NCBI GenBank assembly: GCA_045863855.1
Contig: BTVV01000021.1
Span: forward strand, 1 to 64,000
Direction: 5' to 3'
DNA length: 64,000 nt
Origin: Planctomycetota bacterium
GTDB lineage: Bacteria > Planctomycetota > SZUA-567 > H5-PLA8
Below, one piece after another: positions 9,900-18,467 of the stretch (position 1 is the first letter of the stretch; each line of letters starts with the position of its first letter). A program made the translations under genes and the position numbers. The notes beneath the pieces were generated by a model. The model saw nothing but the letters and a program-made list of their open reading frames with translations, was not told the DNA's origin and did not search any database.

Positions 9900-11747
9900 C
9901 TACCGGCTTCCCGCGTCCTTCATTTTCAGGCCGAAGTAGGCGAGGAGCGTCGCGCAGGGCGATTGGTACGTAATATCGTTCTCGGTGAACTCCCACGGGT
10001 TCTTGGTCCAATGCAGTTCGGTGGTGTAGCGCTTCATGCTTCCGTTGACGCCGCCGACGACGGTTCCCGGAAAGGGTCCGACTTTGCCGGGTCCTTCGCC
10101 GATGAACTTCGCGCTCTCGGGTTTCCCGTCGGCTCCGACCCAGGCGTGAAACATGACCATGGCCGAATTTTCTGCGCCGTAGCGCTTCATGTTGGTGAGG
10201 AAGCAGGCGCCGATGGCGTTGCGGCCCAGGAGGTAGTGGACGTACTCTTCGGCGGCTTCGAGGAACTTCGCCTTCTCGTTCGGGTCGGCGCAGAGTTCGG
10301 CGGCCAGAATGGCGTTGGAGCCGGTGCGGCCGACGAGCGCGTTGCTGCCCCACCAGTAGCCTTTGACTTTCATGGCGTAACCGTGCCCGGGGCCGGTCCA
10401 CTGGACGACGGTCCGGGCGGCATCGAGCACCTTCTTCTTCATGGAATCGGCTAGCGCCGCATCGGCGCCGGCGCTGTGCGCATGGAGCCAGATCGCCGGC
10501 CAGACGTCGTGGTGCCCGGCGGGCTCGAAGGCCGGCCACTTCGCGGCTTCTTCACGGAGGATCCGTTCCCACGTTTCGCTCTTTTCGATGCGGAAGAGGC
10601 TGGCGGCGTAGAGCGCGCGCATCTGTCCGTAGTCGAGGGCGAACCAATCGCCGGTGTACTGCACGTGCCCCGGCTTTTTGGGATCGGCCGGCCACGGATG
10701 GGGCTTGGTCTGGAGCAGGTCCCACGAGCGCTTGGCTTCGGCGAGGCACTTCGCAGCGAAGGGTTCGTCGAGCTTAAACTCGTTCCAGACCGCCGCGGCG
10801 TAGGCCAGCGCCGCCGCTCGCGCCATGGTGGCGCTGCTGGTGACTTCGGTAAGCTGCACGGGACTCTTGACGCTGTCGGGCGGGCAGCCGCCTTGTTCGT
10901 AGACGCGCCCGAAGGCCGCGCCGGTTCCGTCGTGTAGGCGGATCAGGTATTCGGTGCCGTAGCGGATTTCGTCGAGGAAGTCGGGGACGCCGTTGCCGGC
11001 TTCGGGAATGGTGAGCTGCTTGTCGGCGAGCTGGTCTTTGACAAGCTGCGCGGCCAGGAGCAGGTCGTTGTGAAAGCGGACGGTGTTGCCGGTGTACTTG
11101 CTGAAGTCCCCGGCGTCCCACCAGCCGCCGCTGACGTCGTAGGTCTGTTCGCCGGCGGGTGTGTCGCCGACGGGTTCGAAATGGCGCGCGCCCTTCCAGA
11201 CGTAGCGTTGCGCTTCCTTCGCCTGCTTCGGGCCTAGGAAGGCCGGTCCGTGGGTCCAGTCTTCGGCATAGGGGGCCGGCTTTTCGCAATCGGCGCGCTG
11301 CCAGTAGATCGACTTCCACGCCGCGAGGCCGGTCTCTTTGTATACGTCGGGCGCGATGTTGAAGGCGCAGGAGCGGACCGCGCCTCCGCCGGCTTGGTAC
11401 TTTACGTAATAGCGCCCCGGCGTCTCGAAATCGCTGAGGTCCAGGTGGGTGACGAAGTCTCCGGAAGCGCCGTCCTTTTGCCCGCCGTTGGAGACCTTGA
11501 GGCGCTTGGCGAGTTCGTCCGCGGCGAGGACGGTTTTTCCGCTTTCGGCTTCGCAGAGTTCGAACGCTTGGCCGGCCGGGAGCGCCGCGTCGCTGGCGAC
11601 GACCAGAAGTTTTCGGGCGCTGGGGCGGAAGCCGATCTGATCGACCCAGACGCGGACGGGGGTCTTCTGCGTGACGAGCGGAGGCGGTTCGGCGGCGAAA
11701 AGCAGGTTCCAAGCCAGTACCATCGGAACGATCAGAGCCTTGCGCAT
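9900..11747 (-). CDS. Secreted glycoside hydrolase family 9 with N-terminal Ig-like (CelD_N) domain
   Basis: Signal peptide, VDQIGFRP, DVSGGWWDAGD catalytic motif, YLLGRN, PGTVVGG and a C-terminal TENDI catalytic Glu region. Confidence 0.9.
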   Translation of the reverse strand: MRKALIVPMVLAWNLLFAAEPPPLVTQKTPVRVWVDQIGFRPSARKLLVVASDAALPAGQAFELCEAESGKTVLAADELAKRLKVSNGGQKDGASGDFVTHLDLSDFETPGRYYVKYQAGGGAVRSCAFNIAPDVYKETGLAAWKSIYWQRADCEKPAPYAEDWTHGPAFLGPKQAKEAQRYVWKGARHFEPVGDTPAGEQTYDVSGGWWDAGDFSKYTGNTVRFHNDLLLAAQLVKDQLADKQLTIPEAGNGVPDFLDEIRYGTEYLIRLHDGTGAAFGRVYEQGGCPPDSVKSPVQLTEVTSSATMARAAALAYAAAVWNEFKLDEPFAAKCLAEAKRSWDLLQTKPHPWPADPKKPGHVQYTGDWFALDYGQMRALYAASLFRIEKSETWERILREEAAKWPAFEPAGHHDVWPAIWLHAHSAGADAALADSMKKKVLDAARTVVQWTGPGHGYAMKVKGYWWGSNALVGRTGSNAILAAELCADPNEKAKFLEAAEEYVHYLLGRNAIGACFLTNMKRYGAENSAMVMFHAWVGADGKPESAKFIGEGPGKVGPFPGTVVGGVNGSMKRYTTELHWTKNPWEFTENDITYQSPCATLLAYFGLKMKDAGSR

Positions 11748-11773
11748 GGACCTCTTCTCCATTCGGACGATTT

Positions 11774-12808
11774 TCAAGGCGCGTCCGCGGTCCAGGCGAA
11801 GATCGCATCTTCCACCCGTTTGCCGCTCATGCGCCAGACCACGAACGTTTTCGATGCGGACAGGTAAGTCCAGCCGGTCATTTTCTTATAGGGCAACTTC
11901 GGTCCCAGCGGTTGCCAGGACAGAGCGCCGTCTTTGGAGATATACAGCCGCTCGTCTCCCAGGCTGCCCAGCGTGCCGTCCGGCAACGCTTGCGGCGGCG
12001 AAGTTACGGGTCCGGGAAGTTTCTTCCAAGTCAAGCCCCGGTCCGTGCTCTTCAGCATCCCATACGTCCATGTGATCGCCCAATACAACGTGCCGTCGGG
12101 ATGGACCAGCGCCGGACCGAAGGGGCCTTCCGGAGCGACCTTGGTCCAATTCGAACCGCCGTCGGCCGTCCGGTACAAGCCCCAGGCGAGTCCGCGCTTC
12201 CAGCCCGCGCAGTTGACCAGGTAGGTTTGCCCGTCCAGCATCACCGGATCGGTGCTGAAATTCGTTTGCGCCGGCAAAGCGAGGCCCAGGCAGTCCCAGG
12301 TCACGCCGCCGTCTTTCGAACGCATCAGACTGCGGGCTTGTTCGTGCTGTCCCGCCAGCAACGTCTTTCGTTCCGGATCGGTAAAGTCGATCGCGACCAA
12401 GTCGAGGTGTTGCAGATTGCCGAGGCGCTGAAAGGTCTGCCCGTCGTCTCGTGTTTCGAATAACCCCGGCCCGTAGTTCCCGCTCACCCAGAATCGCTTC
12501 GCGTCCCGCGGATCGAATCGAATCGAGTAGGTGCGGTGTCCGACGCCTCCGGCTTCCGTCCCGGCCGCACCCAAGCGCTTCCATGTGCCGCCCGTATCGG
12601 TACTCCGCCAAAGCCCCGCCGCGCTGACTCCGGCTAGCAAGGAGGAACCGTCCGGCGCCGCCGTCACATAGGTGACTCCGGCATAGCCCCAGCGTTCGCC
12701 GCCCACCTGCTGGGTAATGTTCCTCCACGTCTCTTCGGAAGGTTCGGCGCCTCGTACTAGCGCACTCGCCAGAAGCATCAGCAGAGGGATAAGGGTTTTG
12801 CAGTTCAT
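11774..12808 (-). CDS. Secreted BNR/Asp-box beta-propeller protein (GH74/sialidase-like fold)
   Basis: Signal peptide and repeated S/TxDGGxTW Asp-boxes (STDTGGTW, TRDDGQTF, SKDGGVTW, TADGGSNW, STDRGLTW, SKDGALSW). Confidence 0.85.
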   Translation of the reverse strand: MNCKTLIPLLMLLASALVRGAEPSEETWRNITQQVGGERWGYAGVTYVTAAPDGSSLLAGVSAAGLWRSTDTGGTWKRLGAAGTEAGGVGHRTYSIRFDPRDAKRFWVSGNYGPGLFETRDDGQTFQRLGNLQHLDLVAIDFTDPERKTLLAGQHEQARSLMRSKDGGVTWDCLGLALPAQTNFSTDPVMLDGQTYLVNCAGWKRGLAWGLYRTADGGSNWTKVAPEGPFGPALVHPDGTLYWAITWTYGMLKSTDRGLTWKKLPGPVTSPPQALPDGTLGSLGDERLYISKDGALSWQPLGPKLPYKKMTGWTYLSASKTFVVWRMSGKRVEDAIFAWTADAP

Positions 12809-13001
12809 AGGTTATGCACCCAAAGAAGGGTTAGCCGAAGCGTCGATGCAACGCTTCATACCCGGCAAGTCATGCTCAAATACGCAATTTAATTGTTATT
12901 TTACGCCAGGCTTGCGAAGCGAGCGTTCAGCTCACTTACCTATTAAGGTAACGATCGGTTTCGCTCCGCGGTGCATCCCGGCCAGGCACGGGAGCAGGAG
13001 C

Positions 13002-13529
13002 TTACGGTTTGATGACCGGCAAGCTGGTGCTGCTGGTGCGGACGACCATGGTGGACATCTTTTCGATGCTGGCGACGGCGAGGGCTTCGACGGCATCGCC
13101 GGTTCCGACAGGTCCGAGACCTTCACCGGTTTTGGCCTTTACATTGACCATATGGCGCGGGAGCTGGAGGGCGTCGGCGATGTTGGCGGCCATTTCCTGC
13201 TTGAGGCGTCCCAGTTTGGGCTGTTCGAGATGGACGACGGCATCGACGTTGGTAGGGCGGTAGCCGGTGGTCTTGAGGAGCTCGACGCACTTCTTGAGGA
13301 GTTCGATGGAGTCGGCGTCTTTCCACTGCGGGTCGGTGTCGGGGAAGTGGTGTCCGATGTCGCCCATGCCGGCGGCGCCAAGCACGGCGTCGATGACGGC
13401 GTGGGTGAGCGCGTCGGCGTCGGAGTGTCCGACGGCGCCTTTGGGCGATTCGACTTTGACGCCGCCGAGAATGAGCTTCTTCCCGAAGGCCAAGCGATGC
13501 CGGTCCGTCCCAAGTCCCACGCGATTCAT
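13002..13529 (-). CDS. ispF: 2-C-methyl-D-erythritol 2,4-cyclodiphosphate synthase
   Basis: GLGTDRH, GHSDADALTHA, GDIGHHFPDTD and NVKAKTGE. Confidence 0.96.
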   Translation of the reverse strand: MNRVGLGTDRHRLAFGKKLILGGVKVESPKGAVGHSDADALTHAVIDAVLGAAGMGDIGHHFPDTDPQWKDADSIELLKKCVELLKTTGYRPTNVDAVVHLEQPKLGRLKQEMAANIADALQLPRHMVNVKAKTGEGLGPVGTGDAVEALAVASIEKMSTMVVRTSSTSLPVIKP

Positions 13530-13608
13530 CGGCCGATTCTCCCGCTTCCGTGCGAAGGTCTACACTTAAAGGATGCAGGGCTAAAAGTCGAGAGGAGGGA
13601 AGGGGGCT

Positions 13609-13732
13609 TAGGCACAGTCCCGAAACCCTACTTCGGCGTCTGCTTGCGGGGAGCTGCGCAGCGCTTCGTCAGCCTCGCTCTGCTTGGTCCGCGCGGCGCA
13701 TCCGCCTTCGAAGCGTTTCGGGTCAGAGCCTA
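13609..13732. mobile_element. MITE-like hairpin element, copy 1
   Basis: 18-bp imperfect terminal inverted repeats TAGGCACAGTCCCGAAAC / GTTTCGGGTCAGAGCCTA with TA at both ends. Internal motifs are shared with 17557-17727. Confidence 0.6.
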
Positions 13733-13828
13733 GGGGCGCGCGGAGCGGAACGCTTTCGTTGAATCGTGTGCTTTAACCACCCAACTGGGCTCGATGGTGT
13801 GGGTTCAGGGTTCTAGAGACTGGAGCGA

Positions 13829-14125
13829 TTAAACGCCCAGCTCTTTGGGGCCGGTGCCGAAGTCTTTTCGGTAGGTGCCTTTGCCGCTGCGGCTGAAGCG
13901 GGTGAAGCCGGCGGCTTCCATGGAGCTGGTGCTGGGGCCTTTGAGCTTCCCACCGATGTTGCCGAGCATCGGGGCGTGGATGACGCGCTGGACGGGGGCG
14001 CCGCATTTCGGGCAGGCGGCGAGCGGCGTGGCCTTCATGGGCTGCACTTCTTCGAACCCCGCCGCGCAATGACCGCAGCCGGGTTCGGCGGCTTCGGGTA
14101 GGCGCTGGTAGGTGTACGTCGGCAC
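13829..14125 (-). CDS. FmdB family zinc-ribbon regulatory protein
   Basis: GTG start giving MPTYTY...CGHC...FEEVQPM...CPKCG...RVI. Confidence 0.88.
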   Translation of the reverse strand: MPTYTYQRLPEAAEPGCGHCAAGFEEVQPMKATPLAACPKCGAPVQRVIHAPMLGNIGGKLKGPSTSSMEAAGFTRFSRSGKGTYRKDFGTGPKELGV

Positions 14126-14287
14126 GGGCTGGGCTCCTGTACGAATTCCCTCCTTACTATTTACGCAGAAACCTGCGGGGGAATCAAGGCGCTCGGCGCG
14201 GAGCGCTGAATCGACTTCAACCGCTGCGGGCGGAACGCCCGCGATACCTGGCGTCGCTACGCTCCACGCTTGCGCGGCGGGCAAAGG

Positions 14288-15397
14288 CTATTTCGCCGCT
14301 TCGGGCTCGGGCTTGGCGACGGCTTCGACCCGCGGCGTGAGGTGCTTGCGCAGGACGGCCATCTGAGGGCGGTGCACGGTGAACTTTTCGGTGGGCTGGA
14401 TCGACATGGGATACTTGCCCCAATAGGTGCCTCCGGCCCAATACGTGCCGCCCATGCCGGCTTCGTTCAAGGCGCGCATGAAGTGTTCCAGCGTCTCTTC
14501 GTACCAGCGCGGGTCGCTGTCCGGCACGCCGAATTCGCCGATGAAACCGCGGACGTTATTCTTCTTGCACCAGGCGATGAAATCGCCGACGCGCTTCGCG
14601 CCGACCATCGCCAGGTCCTTGTTCTTCTCCAGTTCTTCGGCATAAGTCTTCTTGTACTGGCCGCTCATGTCCTGGTCGAAATAGCAGTGCGCTTCGTACA
14701 TGAAATTATTATCGGGATCCTCCACCCAGCTTGTCGCGCCGTTGTGCTTCTCCCAGTTGCCCGCGTTGGACCAATGATTGCCGGCGACGAGGATGAGCTT
14801 CTTGTCGGCGTTGGCGCGGATCGCTTTGACGACCACGTTGGAGATGGCCTTCCAATCGGCCTCGCCCATCCCGTGCGGTTCGTTCATCAGGCCGTAGCCG
14901 TAGACGGCCGGTTCGTCCTTGAAGGCCGTCGAGAGGCGGACCCAGAGTTCCGCGAGGTCGGAGGCTTTGACGAGGATCTTGCCGTCGTAGGGATGATCGA
15001 CGATGCAGCTCTTGGGCTGGCCGTCGACGATCATGCCGCGCCGGCCGTAGTCGTGGAGGTCGATCAGCACCATCGCGCCGTGGGTTTTGGCCCAGGCGAT
15101 GTTCTGCTTAAGCATCCCGAAGTAGCCGGCGTCGAGCTCGCCGCCAAGTTCGGGCTGCAGGCGGCCCCACTTCACCGGGACGCGGAAGACGTCGAAGCCT
15201 TGCTCGGCAAAGTACTTGAACGTCGCTTCGTTGTTGAACGTGTAATCTTTGTGGAGCGTGCCGCGGCCTTTGCCGAACTCGGGTCCGGCCAAGTTGACGC
15301 CGCGGCGATAGGCCGGCTCGGCGGGAGCCTCGGCGCTCGAAGCGGAAACGGCGGCCAGGAGGACCCAGGCCGATAGGATCAGGTTACGGACGGTCAT
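14288..15397 (-). CDS. Secreted glycoside hydrolase family 5 (cellulase-like)
   Basis: Signal peptide, GVNLAGPEFG, IDLHDY, LMNEPH (acid/base), YEAHCYFD and FIGEFG (nucleophile). Confidence 0.93.
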   Translation of the reverse strand: MTVRNLILSAWVLLAAVSASSAEAPAEPAYRRGVNLAGPEFGKGRGTLHKDYTFNNEATFKYFAEQGFDVFRVPVKWGRLQPELGGELDAGYFGMLKQNIAWAKTHGAMVLIDLHDYGRRGMIVDGQPKSCIVDHPYDGKILVKASDLAELWVRLSTAFKDEPAVYGYGLMNEPHGMGEADWKAISNVVVKAIRANADKKLILVAGNHWSNAGNWEKHNGATSWVEDPDNNFMYEAHCYFDQDMSGQYKKTYAEELEKNKDLAMVGAKRVGDFIAWCKKNNVRGFIGEFGVPDSDPRWYEETLEHFMRALNEAGMGGTYWAGGTYWGKYPMSIQPTEKFTVHRPQMAVLRKHLTPRVEAVAKPEPEAAK

Positions 15398-15792
15398 GCG
15401 CTTGCGGCTCCCGGTTGCGGTGATCTATCGAGTAGACGGGTGTGCTAACTGCTTCCGTGTCCCCAACTTCCTACACCGGCGCAGAACCGGCGTGGCGGCC
15501 GGTGCGATAATTAGCACGGGACTGGGGTTTGAAAAGAGCAGTAAGCCCCATACCTGGCATGGAGTGCACTCGTGCAAAGCACGTGTGAATTTTCTAGCAA
15601 CTTCTGCAAAAAATTACAGTTCACAGGTGACTTCCCGGCCTGTACATTCATCCCATCTACAAGTAAGCGCCTGCCTATTTCGGACTGGATACGGCGTTCC
15701 CTTATCGAAGCACACGCGCGTTAGCGCACCTGAGCGTTGCGAAGAACGGCCGGTTAGCGGCCAACGTGAGGCTTCTGCGGGGGAGTCGAATC

Positions 15793-16005
15793 ATGGTCAA
15801 ACACACGTGTAACGAGTGCCATCAGCCGTTGCCGCGCAACTGGCGGCCGGTGGGTACGCGGACGGTTTCGTCGGTATGCCCGAACTGTGCGGTGAAGCAC
15901 ATGAAGATGAAGAGCGAGCGCCGGCGCAAGGTGGCCGCGACGCTGACGCCGGCACCGGAAGCGGTGGACGCCGAGCCGGTGGTGGAGTCGCTCGAGATTC
16001 AATAA
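15793..16005 (+). CDS. Small CxxC...CxxC zinc-finger protein (70 aa)
   Basis: GGGGAG ribosome-binding site, CNEC...CPNC and a dedicated terminator downstream. Confidence 0.7.
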   Translation: MVKHTCNECHQPLPRNWRPVGTRTVSSVCPNCAVKHMKMKSERRRKVAATLTPAPEAVDAEPVVESLEIQ

Positions 16006-16031
16006 GCCGCCGGTTACACACTGGGTTCGAG

Positions 16032-16069
16032 AAGCCGCCGTGAGCGCAGGGCTCGCGGCGGCTTTTTTT
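16032..16069 (+). terminator. Rho-independent terminator
   Basis: AAGCCGCCGTGAGC-GCAGG-GCTCGCGGCGGCTT followed by a T-run. Confidence 0.9.
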
Positions 16070-16086
16070 GTGCTCAAAAAAGATCG

Positions 16087-16246
16087 TTGCTCGCGGGGTG
16101 CACGGAGCTAGTCTTTCGGGCGGCGCGCAGGGCGCCTCCCGTCCGCGGAAAGAGCAGAAGCTCGCCTGTGCCGGACCCCAATCGAAGCGACTCCCTTTCA
16201 GCCCGGCGCAAGCGGATCACGGGCAGGCACTCGAAAGGAGGTCGCC
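16087..16246 (+). promoter_or_regulatory. Putative promoter plus structured 5' leader (candidate cis-regulatory RNA)
   Basis: TTGCTC-N16-TAGTCT, then nested pairings 16138-16146/16212-16223 and 16168-16174/16203-16209, ending just before the AAGGAGG ribosome-binding site. Confidence 0.5.
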
Positions 16247-17485
16247 ATGACCACCCCGCCCACGGGGGCGCCACGCCCCTTGCCGGATCGTCCGGACCTG
16301 AAGCAGCTCAAGGACCAAGCCAAGGATCTGCTGCGCTCCGGCGCGGCGACGACGCTGGCGCAGGCTCAGTTTCAACTGGCGCGCGAGTACGGTTTCGCGA
16401 GCTGGCCGAAGCTGAAGCGGCACATCGAATCGCTGCATCGCACCGGACAACTGAAGGAAGCCATCGACGCCGAGGACTTCGCGGCGGTGCAGGCGTTAAT
16501 GACGGAAGACCCCGAACTGCACCGCGCGCCGCTGGGTTACGCGAAGAACGGTCCGCTGACGTGGGTGGCCGAATGCCGGGGCAAGCCCGGGCCCAGCGCG
16601 GCGCGGTTGGCCATGGCGCGCTGGATGATCGAACACGGCAGCGACGTGCATCAGGGCGGCGACGGTCCGCTGATGCGGGCGGCGCTGAACGACGCGCGCA
16701 TTCCGATGCTGGAACTGCTGGTGGCGCACGGCGCGGATGTGAACGCACGCTGGAACGGCGCCTATCCGATCGTACTGGCGAGTTGCGAGGCGCTGGCGCC
16801 GAAGGCACTGGCGTGGCTGCTCGATCACGGCGCCGACTTGAACGTGGCATCGCCCCAGTACGGCCGGCCGCTGGCGATGCTGTTGGGGACGTACGCACGG
16901 AACGCGCCGGCCAAGCAGGCGTGTCTGGCGGCGCTGGCGGCGCACGGGGTCGAGATGCCCGATACGCCGATGCTGGCGCTGCATCGCGGGCGCGCCGACC
17001 TGCTGGACGCGCACCTGAAGCGCGATCCGGGGCTGCTGGCGCGGCGCTTCAGCGAAGCCGAGATGTATCCGCCCGAACTGGGCCTCAAGCCCGGCGACGG
17101 CCTGTGCGTCACGCCGGTGGCGGATACGACGCTGCTGCATGCGGCGGTGGAGTTCCACGACGCGGCGATGACGGCGTGGTTGCTGGAACACGGCGCCGAT
17201 CCGAACGTCCGAGGGGCCGTGGATGCCGGCGGCTTCGGCGGGCATACGCCGCTGTTCCATACGGTGGTGACGCTGGGCGCGCATACGGCGGAATTGGCCA
17301 AGCTGCTGCTGGCGCATGGGGCCGATCCGAAGCTGCGCGCGTCGGTACGCAAGGCGCTCCGGGATATGGGCGACCCGGAGCTCGAGAAGCCGCGCGAATG
17401 GCGCGAGGTCACGGCGCTGGAGTACGCGCGCGCGTTCCACGTGCCGAGTTGGGTCAACGCGCCGGCCCTGGCGTTGCTGGAGTAG
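16247..17485 (+). CDS. Ankyrin-repeat protein with an N-terminal small helical module
   Basis: N-terminus LPDRPDLKQLKDQAKDLL...AQFQLAREYGFASWPKLK, and repeats LLVAHGADVN, LLDHGADLN, LLEHGADPN, GHTPLFH and LLAHGADP. Confidence 0.9.
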   Translation: MTTPPTGAPRPLPDRPDLKQLKDQAKDLLRSGAATTLAQAQFQLAREYGFASWPKLKRHIESLHRTGQLKEAIDAEDFAAVQALMTEDPELHRAPLGYAKNGPLTWVAECRGKPGPSAARLAMARWMIEHGSDVHQGGDGPLMRAALNDARIPMLELLVAHGADVNARWNGAYPIVLASCEALAPKALAWLLDHGADLNVASPQYGRPLAMLLGTYARNAPAKQACLAALAAHGVEMPDTPMLALHRGRADLLDAHLKRDPGLLARRFSEAEMYPPELGLKPGDGLCVTPVADTTLLHAAVEFHDAAMTAWLLEHGADPNVRGAVDAGGFGGHTPLFHTVVTLGAHTAELAKLLLAHGADPKLRASVRKALRDMGDPELEKPREWREVTALEYARAFHVPSWVNAPALALLE

Positions 17486-17556
17486 CCTGTACGAGCCGGC
17501 CGGCCGCGCGGAGGCAAGCTGGGATCTTCCGCGCGGCCGCCCGTTTGGCGGTGCAC

Positions 17557-17727
17557 TTAGAGCCACACACACAACCATCATCGGTCGTCTGCTTGCGGCG
17601 GTACTTCGCGGGACGCCATCAGGCTCAGGCGCCGGATGCTCGTCCCGATCCGGCTTCTTCGCCTTCTTTGTCCCGCTTGACCGGCGCGGCGCAGCCGCCT
17701 CGACGCAGGTTTTATTAGCGGCTCTTA
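17557..17727. mobile_element. MITE-like hairpin element, copy 2, flanked by TTA direct repeats
   Basis: TTA-GAGCC...GGCTC-TTA. It shares CGTCTGCTTGCGG and CGCGGCGCAnCCGCCT with copy 1, and the right TTA is the protoglobin stop codon. Confidence 0.6.
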
Positions 17728-18300
17728 GTGCCGCGCGTAGTGACGCACGATCAGATCGTTCTGCACCCACAAGAGTTTGTTGAAGGCGCGTAACGCTTTG
17801 CGCTGCGCGTCCGGGGGCAGGTTCAGGTCCAGGATCGCGTTGACCAAGGCATCCGAGACGAAGCCCATCAGCGCGTTCATCTGCACCAGCGGCACGTCGA
17901 TGTTCTTGTTGCCGAAGTCGCGCGTGTGAATTTTGCCGACCAGATCCAGGAACTCGATCATCTTCCCGTCGTAGGGTCCGGTGACCAGGCGCTTCAGGTA
18001 GGAACCCAGGTGCGCTTTGCGGAAGGCGATCTGGGGATGGTCGAGCGTCAGGGTTTCCAGCGATTCGGGAACGGCGCCTTCGTAGCCGAACTGCCGCGGC
18101 ACGAAGTGGCGCTTGGTGCAATCGTAGTTGAAAAGCTGGACGTAGATCGCGTCGACCAAACCGGGCACCAGCGGGGCTAGGAGCGGCGCAGCGCCAAGAA
18201 TCGTCTCGATGTCTTGCGCGTTCAGGCCCATGAATTCGGTGATGTACTGGAAGCGGTAAGGCAGGTCGGTTTCCAGACGGGCTTCGTCGATGCGCTTCAT
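17725..18300 (-). CDS. Protoglobin / globin-sensor family protein
   Basis: YITEFMGL, LVDAIYVQLF, FRKAHLGSYL, LVGKIHT (proximal His) and RAFNKLLWVQNDLI. Start placed at ATG 18300. Confidence 0.88.
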   Translation of the reverse strand: MKRIDEARLETDLPYRFQYITEFMGLNAQDIETILGAAPLLAPLVPGLVDAIYVQLFNYDCTKRHFVPRQFGYEGAVPESLETLTLDHPQIAFRKAHLGSYLKRLVTGPYDGKMIEFLDLVGKIHTRDFGNKNIDVPLVQMNALMGFVSDALVNAILDLNLPPDAQRKALRAFNKLLWVQNDLIVRHYARH

Positions 18301-18340
18301 GGGGTGCGGCCTCCGTTGGTTTGCCCTGCAATCTTTTATA

Positions 18341-18368
18341 ACTATACCTTTAACTCCAGATATGTCAA
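18341..18368 (-). promoter_or_regulatory. Sigma70-type promoter for the protoglobin gene
   Basis: Minus strand reads TTGACA-N16-TATAGT in an AT-rich patch. Confidence 0.7.
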
Positions 18369-18467
18369 ATAAGGCTTCTTGAGCTCCCCGAAAGGGGGCT
18401 GCCACGGTTTTTAAGGGACGCTGGAATCCACTGGCGCGGGCCGGTGGCGCGCGCCTAGATTAAGCCC

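Noticed and set aside
14226..14243. GCGGGCGGAACGCCCGCG hairpin as a terminator
   Set aside because: It has no U-tract. It is more likely an isolated REP-like palindrome, with too little evidence to list as a feature.
15555..15570. TGGCATGGAGTGCA as a sigma54 promoter
   Set aside because: The GG-to-GC spacing is two bases too short for a -24/-12 promoter.
15650..15792. Known riboswitch in the leader of the small Zn-finger gene
   Set aside because: I could not recognise any conserved riboswitch consensus by eye.
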